Part shown: one piece after another, positions 55,575 to 64,000 of the stretch
Numbering within the stretch: position 1 is the first letter of the stretch
Layout of the letters: each line of letters starts with the position of its first letter
From: Phoronis australis
Lineage: Eukaryota > Animalia > Phoronida
Length of the DNA: 64,000 nt
Assembly (NCBI GenBank): GCA_002633005.1
Contig: NMRA01000147.1
Span: 733,179 to 797,178 of the forward strand
Reading direction: 5' to 3'
Translations under genes and position numbers: made by a program
The notes under the pieces: generated by a model
What the model saw: only the letters and a program-made list of their open reading frames with translations
The model's database searches: none
What the model was told of the DNA's origin: nothing

Positions 55575-58500
55575 AAAAACTGCATGCAAATTAAGAAAAG
55601 TTTTGAGTCATTTCACATCACAAGCCCTTCAGATGAGCACAGAAACTTTGTACTCTCTTGTATTTTTGACCCTTTCACTCCCCGGCAGTGGAAACCATCT
55701 ATACAATTCAGTAGAAAAATAAGAGCAAAAATGCAAAATGGGCACTTTTCACCCCAAAATCACCACTTCCCTGCCGATGCTCGACTAAAGCCAACATTAG
55801 ATTCCGAGGCCGATTCCAAAAATGTGGTCCAAAAGTGCTGTCAGACAACTAGTTTTTTGAAAATCGGGCTTGTTTGAGGGCTAACTGAAATCGCGGACAA
55901 TTTCTCAGTTGCCGCTACACAGCAATGCACAATTGCAACAGGGGGCCACCATCTTGAAGAAGAGTGCAGCTACAGCCGAGAAAGTGGCCTTTTTTCATTC
56001 TCAGCATGTTCACAAATACAAACAAACCACATTCACTGAGCCTACATGCAATGCCTACCTACAAAATGCCCCCGGCCCAAACTTGGCCTACCCCAAAATT
56101 TTAATATTTTAGCAATCCAAATTGGCCCTTTTGCAGGGTAGATTTTCTGCCTCACCTCCAATGCAGTGGGCCTTTTGCATGCAGGGACGAAGGCCGGCGA
56201 CGCGGCACGGCGCGGGGCGGAGTCCTGCAAAACTTGTTGAAAAAGTACCGCCTATCCGTAATTCGGCCACGGCGCCAGTGAGCATCTTGTCAATGTAAGT
56301 GACCCCCGGGAGCTTACGATCGGCGGGTTGATTATGTCTATCCGCTCCGGGTCTCTGAATGAATTCTGGAATCGGATGGCATCGTTCCAGCTGCTGTCAT
56401 CAATTGGTTTAGAAAAGACTTCCCCACTCAAGACTAATCTTGTGCTCTTTATATCGTGTCACTTTCGATGTTAATTGCCAACACTGGAGCATTAGATCCC
56501 GGGGCACTACTACCTCAGTCCCCGTGGCCCGCCCTAAATTTTCGTGATGCCTGCTGGATCGGTCAGAATCTGGAGCAGGCCTATAGATTTTCTGGCCTTA
56601 TGCAACTGCGGTCTTAGAAACTGACGAAGCCGGTTTCACAAACCACCGGAAGAGTTGATCTCATCATATACAAACTAATCCTCCTAGATGATGAGGAACG
56701 CGTAAGGCTAATTTCAAGCTCTCAAAGTTCGTCAATTTTGGTATTACGTTATCGTGTAATTATAACGAGTTGGCTACCCAACTCCACTCAGTGATATACG
56801 AAACTCTTGTGATATATAACCGCCGGTATAGAACGGTGGCCGTCACCGGTTGTGCTAAAACTTACCGTGGATATGAGTCGATTGGGCGTTTTATCAAGTC
56901 AGTAAATTTATCTGTTTCGGCACGACAGCACATACACAACATGATGTCTATGCTACGAAACACCACGGAAAGTAGGCGCTGCGGTTAATTGACCGGCGGG
57001 CCGGGGCCCATGGCTCCCCGTTTTACTGTCACAATCAAAATCTGCCGTTTTATGGTTTAGGCGGATATTTCCCTCATATGAACAACGATGCCCCCCGCCC
57101 GAAGACAAGATCTCGGAAGCAGTGTTCTAAAACGAAATCTTCGTATTTGAACCTTCATAGGCGACAGCCTGTCAACAATAATGCGTACCTACGACAACAC
57201 TAAATTAATCTATTAAAAGTTCTCAATTTGAATTAATCCGATCGCTCATACATAATGTATCACACCAGCCCCTTCTTCTATGATTTTAATCAATGTAGAA
57301 TACTTCTCCTGTTGACAGTTAACAATTAGCACTGGTGAGATTTACNAAAAACTGCATGCAAATAAAGAAAAGTTTTGAGTCATTTCACATCACAAGCCCT
57401 TCAGATGAGCACAGAAACTTTGTACTCTCTTGTATTTTTTACCCTTTCACTCCCAGTGGAAACCATGCAATTAGAAAAATAAGGGCAAAAATGCAAAATG
57501 GGCACTTTTCACCCCAAAATCACCACTTCCCTGCCGATGCTCGACTAAAGCCAACATTAGGTTCCGAAATCAAATTTCCTACCGATTCCAAAAATGTGGT
57601 CCAAAAGTGCTGTCAGCCAATAATATAGTTTTTTTGAAAATCGGGCTTGTTTGAGGGCTACCTGAAATCGCGGACAATTTCTCAGTTGCCGCTACACAGC
57701 AATGCACAATTGCAACAGGGGGGCCACCATCTTGAAGAAGAGTGCAGCTACAGCCGAGAAAGTGGCCTTTTTTCATTCTCAGCATGTTCACAAATACAAA
57801 CAAACCACATTCACTGAGCCTACATGGCAATGCCTACTGTGACCTACAAAATGCCCCCGGCCCAAACTTGGCCTACCCCAAAATTTTAATATTTTAGCAA
57901 TGCAAATTGGCCCTTTTGCAGGGTACATTTTCTGCCTCACCTCCAATGCAGAGGGCCTTTTGCATGCAGGGACGAAGGCCGGCGACTGGGACGCGGCACG
58001 GCGCGGACGGAGTCCTGCAAAACTTGTTGAAAAAGTACCGCCTATCCGTAATTACTTTCGGCCACGGCGCCAGTGAGCATCTTGTCAATGTAAGTGACCT
58101 CCGGGAGCTTACGATCGGCGGGTTGATTAAAGTATGTCTATCCGCTCCGGGTCTCTGAATGAATTCTGGAATCGGATGGCATCATTCCAGCTGCTGTCAT
58201 CAATTGGTTTTTCAACACCGTAGAAAAGACTTTCCCACTAATCTTGTGCTCTTTATATCGTGTCACTTTCGATGTTAATTGCCAACACTGGAGCACTGGA
58301 TCCCGGGGCACTACTACCTCAGTCCCCGTGGCCCGCCCTAAATTTTCGTGATGCCTGCTGGATCGGTCAGAATCTGGAGCAGGCCTATAGATTTTCTGGC
58401 CTTATGCAACTGCGGTCTTAGAAACTGACGAAGCCGGTTTCACAAGCCACCGGAGGAGTTGATCTCATCATATACAAACTAATCCTCCTAGATGATGAGG

Positions 58501-59147
58501 AACGCGTAAGGCTAATTTCAAGCTCTCAAAGTTCGTCAATTTTGGTATTACGTTATCGTGTAATTATAACGAGTTAGCTACCCAACTCCACTCAGTGATA
58601 TACGAAACTCTCATAACCGCCGGTATAGAACGGTGGCCGTCACCGGTTGTGCTAAAACTTACCGTGGATATGAGTCGATTGGGCGTTTTATCAAAAGTCA
58701 GTAAATTTATCTGTTTCGGCACGACAGCACATACACAACATGATGTCTATGCTACGAAACACCACGGAAAGTAGGCGCTGCGGGTAATTGACCGGCGGGC
58801 CGGGGCCCATGGCTCCCAGTTTTACTGTAACAACCAAAAACTGCCGTTTTATGGTTTAGGCGGACATTTCCCTCATATGAACAACGATGCCCCCCCTCCC
58901 GAAGACAAGATCTCGGAAGCAGTGTTCTAAAACGAAATCTTCGTATTTGAACCTTCATAGGCGACAGCCTCCATCAACAATAATGCGTACCTACGACAAC
59001 ACTAAATTAATCTATTAAAAGTTCTCAATTTGAATTAATCCGATCGCTCATACATAATGTATCACACCAGCCCCTTCTTCTATGATTTTAATCAATGTAG
59101 AATACTTCTCCTGTTGACAGTTAACAATTAGCACTGGTGAGATTTAC
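55575..59147. repeat. Tandem duplication of ~1.8 kb (55575-57345 / 57347-59147) joined by a single N
   Basis: Both copies begin aaaaactgcatgcaaat and end ggtgagatttac; N at 57346; many small indels between copies. Confidence 0.95.
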
Positions 59148-60044
59148 GGAAATAGTCATGGTCCATAGAGATTAATATTAACTCGGTAGGGCGTGAATTG
59201 TACGGTACGTATATAGCTATAAGCTATTGAGCTTGGTCAATTGCAGTGCTCACTAACGCCATTTAGAATGTTTGACAAAAACTTGACTTTCATATGTATG
59301 TTTACAAGCAAATCAAGGACATCAACATGGTGATATAACTTGGGAAACCATTTCCATTTGCGCATGAACAAAAAAAAATGTCACAACAGTCTCAGTATTT
59401 GACGCCCACAGACAATCGTGCAAAGGTCGTCGGATCAAAGCTCCACAGCGTATACCATTTCGAGAATATAGGTGCTCTCATGAGGCTTGTTTCATTGAAT
59501 GTCATAACCTTAGGATGTTTTTTTTTTTACTCAGAGTCAAAACGGAGACGAAATCATGCAGTCGGCCATAAATACGACTGAAAGCAAATAAAAGTCTCCG
59601 TTTAGACGGAAAAGTTGCGACAATTTAGAGAAACATGTCCCTATAAATTTTACATTACACCTTACACCTCAGGGATCAAATTTAGAACAACAAAGTAGAC
59701 AAACATGCGAGGTTGCTAGCACTGGCTCGTACGGGAAGTGTAGAAATTGTACAGCAGGCAAGATACTCACACCACGACATCAACATGCTGTCTAACACTG
59801 ACTACCCCGGCAAATATCACAATTAAACAAAACTGGTTGTTTTTCTGATTCCGCAAAAGGGTCAGTATTTAAGAGTACGAAGACGCTATTCAAGGTTTAT
59901 AGTGGACCTACAGGTGTATAACTCAGTAAGGTTACCTGTATTTACGAAGGGGAGATATTGACTATAACAAGCCATTACAAGACAAAAGAACGAAGACGAA
60001 ATTCTTCGACTGAAGAATATGCAAACTAAGCTGGGGGGGGGGGG

Positions 60045-60919
60045 GCTGTTTCTCGGAGAGTATATAGCCAAAAGTTGATTTTTCAGTTGTCCCTGGTTTT
60101 GCGCCTGCTCCCGAGTTGGCTACACATTTCTGAATCTTATGTTCAAGTTATAGACAGACTTTCTTACTTTTAGTATTTGTCTGATTTCGTGACATCCGTA
60201 CACTGAATTTTAGCCAAAAGACAACTCTCTTCGAGAAATAGCCCCCAGCCAGTCGTTCGCTTATAAATTCGTTTTGCTGATTTCTACATTTTTTGTCTTC
60301 AATTAAATCACACACGTGTGTGAAAACTAGAAAAAGGTTAAATTGACACATCTTTGGGGTGTGGAATTATATAGTTTACCCTTCTCTTCCTCTCAGCACG
60401 CGACGAAACTGTATGGCCACGTCGACCAGCTCATTATTCAGAAGGTTCGCCGGGCTTGGAGTCCTTGGAGCGCCGACCCGGNGCTGTTTCTCGGAGAGTA
60501 TATAGCCAAAAGTTGATTTTTCAGTTGTCCCTGGTTTTGCGCCTGCTCCCGAGTTGGCTACACATTTCTGAATCTTGTGTTCAAGTTATAGACAGACTTT
60601 CTTACTTTTAGTATTTGTCTGATTTCGTGACATCCGTACACTGAATTTTAGCCAAAAGACAACTCTCTTCGAGAAATAGCCCCCAGCCAGTCGTTCGCTT
60701 ATAAATTCGTTTTGCTGATGTCTACATTTTTTGTCTTCAATTAAATCACACACGTGTGTGAAAACTAGAAAAAGGTTAAACTGACTCATCTTTGGGGTGT
60801 GGAATTATATAGTTTACCCTTCTCTTCCTCTCAGTACGCGACGAAACTGTATGGCCACGTCGACCAGCTCATTATTCAGAAGGTTCGCCGGGCTTGGAGT
60901 CCTTGGAGCGCCGACCCGG
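60045..60919. repeat. Tandem duplication of 437 bp (60045-60481 / 60483-60919) joined by a single N
   Basis: Near-identical copies, N at 60482. Confidence 0.95.
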
Positions 60920-60935
60920 TCGCGGCTGTGCGGTG
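60851..60935 (+). CDS. Probable first coding exon of a further gene; peptide resembles a mitochondrial targeting presequence (MATSTSSLFRRFAGLGVLGAPTRSRLCG)
   Basis: ATG after a pyrimidine-rich tract, strong donor GTG|gtaagt at 60936, CpG-rich context; Arg/Ser/Thr/Leu-rich with no acidic residues. No downstream exon identified. Confidence 0.5.
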
Positions 60936-63900
60936 GTAAGTTAGGTGCAGTGGAACCGTTGTCCATTTCGACTTACGCACGACTCTGTTCGGAGATACGC
61001 AGACCACCTTGTGTTTCAGATATAGTCAACCCCAACTGCGCCACGTGACTGTCAGTTTCCAACTGACGGCCGCGATACTATACGTCGACCGCCGGGCTAC
61101 TAATTATCGTTTCACTGTGAGAAAATTACAAATCTATAACAAAATTTCATTATATTTTTATTTAACTGAGACACACAAAATAATTTATTTAAACTATGCT
61201 TTTGTTCTGTCATTATAGAGCTCTGTTGTCAATCAGTTTTCTTCGCTCAGATAAGTAGGTATATTTCTTTATTGATGGAGTCCGAGTATTTTAAGTAAAT
61301 ATATGTAAACGACTATCTTCTGTGTTGAAATCGATCGTGGATCGAGATATTACTGAGGAAAAAATAATAGCTACGGGTATCAGTAGTGACGGACTCGAAG
61401 TTGAGGAGAACACCGGCAACTATCTGCAACTTGAGTTCTAATATTGCGCTGAGTGCAAGTGAGGGCGTAAAACACAACAGCTGATTCGGGTGTTTTTTTT
61501 TTCATGGATCAGCGTGATGCACTCGCTGATGGTCGGTAGCCAGCAGGCTAGGGAACCAGCGAGCGTGATGCACAGACGAGCACGTATCATCGTTTTCATC
61601 AACATCGTGGAATTCACGTTCCTGGGGGGCTGAAAATTCGTCCAGAACCCAGAGCGACCGCAACTCGCAAGAGGAAGTTTTGCAACGTTTATTGTCGGCG
61701 TTATGTAAAAATGTTTTGCTAAGCAATACGCGACTGACCAGGGCGACGGCCATCGAGGTAACTCGGTTATTTTTGACTGCGATTTGCACTTCGGAAGATT
61801 ACGATACCCACCCCTCTAGAGAATGGACAAAAAGGACAATGCCCGAAGTAGTAACTGTACTTCCAGAAAAGCAATAAAATAGTAGCTCGCGGTTGACATG
61901 ACAACGGAAGAAGGTAGCCACTGACAACAACCACACAAGACCAACGGCAAAATCCATTATGTAACACGACTGAATGATTTTCATAGATAACAATACAGAC
62001 ATTTTGGACGTAGAAGTCAATTTTAACTAGTCTGTTTTATTCCCACAATTATCGACTAACTATGTCGGTACGTAATCTATAAATTACACCACAAATAATT
62101 AGATATAGATAATGAGGTGTCACACCTCCACGCCGTAGTGAAGTACATTTTATAGATGTAGAAATCAATAGTCTGTTTCTGGTGTCTGAGATTCTCTTTC
62201 ACTATTTCATCAGGTCGGAGGGAAATATACAGAAAACCTAGAACACTAACAATTATTCTTTAACCGACCAGTATCTCTAAATTATAACGGCTTGGGATCT
62301 AATTTATGCTTACAAAATAACTTATGTTCAAGTATCTTACAATTTATAATTAGAACTCGTGGACAAATACATTTTCATATTAAACTATATCGATATCTTA
62401 CATGACGTATGAGTTTGGAATTAATTAAAGGCATAAATCATTTAAACAGGTGTATTGCCGTGGTCTATTTCACTGGACACGCTAAAGACGGGTCGTTATT
62501 AGTCCGGATATAGATCAACTCGTGCTGTACGTTCGTGGTGCGCACAGAATCTCATCTAGGGTAGCACAGACGTTGTTGCGAACTTCAACTTTTACAAAAA
62601 TATCAAACACGATCAGTTTTCGGTTTAGCTAGAGATTTCTATACAAACCCAGGACGCATTAGCATTCGGCTGGCATTACATTGGGAAATCTCCGCAATAT
62701 AGCGGGAATAGTTGAAGGGACAAATATTTGAAACAATTACTCCCCGGTTTTCTAACATCTCAGTATCTCAGTAAACTCAGCGAATGGAAATTCCTCGCAA
62801 TTCTTTACTTTATGTTTAAACAAGGAGATAATGCAGATACAGTACTATTTGACGAAGCCGTATTCAAGAAGTCCTCCATTGTATATTTGTTTTAGTTCGC
62901 ATGGCTTTTCCAGCAAACAGGTTGTTGTGTATCTAGGCATACAACCAAACCCACTGTTGTTGGCTCAGATGTATTCACTGTGCGCTGTGGTTCAAATGGT
63001 ATAATGGTGTTTAACATAAACAACGCTATGTGCAAGCGGAAAATAAAAATCGACTTCACCGTTGCATAAAAAGAACCGCGCGAGATACATGGCTAATCTT
63101 TTTTTCTTTACTGTTTAAAGAGAGTTGATCTACTGGCCCAGTCATGTCAGTACCGGAAATGATCTATACTGACGTATTATATGGCGTCGCGAGGGGACAG
63201 TCTCAATTTGAAATGAAATGTTCACGGCACGTTTTATAAAACGAGTTCCACGACCCTGTCCCCCATCCACGTATAATATCTCAATCCTTAATTATCTAAT
63301 CTATACACCTAGTTCTCTGTCTATAGCCATCCATCCATCCATCTTCTCATCCGTTCGTCGACCCACTTATTTTAGTCGGAAAACCATTCACCATTTACCC
63401 GTCCACTCAAGTAGCTAACTATCGCTAAAATATTAGTGAGTATTGTTTGAATGTAAAGGCACGGGTCTCTTGCTTTCTGAAAATGATCACAGAACGCAAA
63501 CGTAAGCAACTTGAAAACTTGAAATAAGCCCGATTAAGGGCACCACATAAGCAATTCCACGTTTTACTTTATCCACCAGATTTTGTTGCTAGTTGTACCC
63601 GTCAGAATGCAGTAGTAACCTTACCTGAGAGTTTTCAACAAGGTTCCAGTACTAAGGTTTTTAGCAGGGGAACCATTCATGTTACTGATCACCATTCAGT
63701 CTTGAACCTGAAATAGAACAATCATCACGAAAATAATTACCTCAACGTCGGCATTCCTGCCAAAACACTGAAGGCAGACATCGAATGCTGTAAGCCTGGT
63801 TTCGCTGACATTTTGACGAAATACTCCGAGCAGTCAGTATGTTACCACAGTCCTGGTTGAGGACATTTGCAGCAAAGTAACGGATCGAGTTGCGGATTTT

Positions 63901-64000
63901 GTTTGCGAAAGCCGCAACAACGGTGGGATTAGCCTTAAAACTTCCTCGAGTGTCCCTTGGTCTTTCGTTTAAATATTTGGCTTAGGAATTATTCATTGTC

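Noticed and set aside
55545-58958. Paired ORFs in the duplicated 1.8-kb unit
   Set aside because: Frames are broken by indels between copies and there is no recognisable domain; no transposase could be supported.
61502-62020. Cluster of short overlapping ORFs in a GC-richer patch
   Set aside because: No recognisable motif and no in-phase acceptor linking it to the 60851 exon was found.

Overview
Eukaryotic, intron-rich, AT-rich animal DNA (probably a marine invertebrate; that assignment is inference from repeat types and gene style). Two complete multi-exon genes were reconstructed by hand from GT-AG sites with consistent reading phases. They converge at about 23.1-23.4 kb. (1) A DPP8/9-family dipeptidyl peptidase (+, 15 coding exons, 462-17936, 846 aa, intact EE motif and Ser-Asp-His triad, probable ~5 kb 3'UTR). 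(2) An LRRC71 orthologue (-, about 16-18 coding exons, ATG 53332, stop 23928 or 23446) with microexons and symmetric cassette exons. A probable first coding exon of a third gene (+, 60851-60935) resembles a mitochondrial presequence. The introns carry many mobile elements. The most notable is a complete 465-bp TRIM (mini LTR retrotransposon, 52018-52482) whose LTRs contain a tRNA-like Pol III promoter, with PBS, PPT and a 4-bp TSD. Others are an inverted Penelope-like fragment with minimal hammerhead-ribozyme motifs (44261-44528), a decayed THAP-domain transposon, Helentron-like elements with CTCF-like motif arrays, Kolobok/hAT/Tc1-type MITEs and a 20-bp palindromic minisatellite. Two tandem duplications joined by single Ns are probably assembly artefacts.
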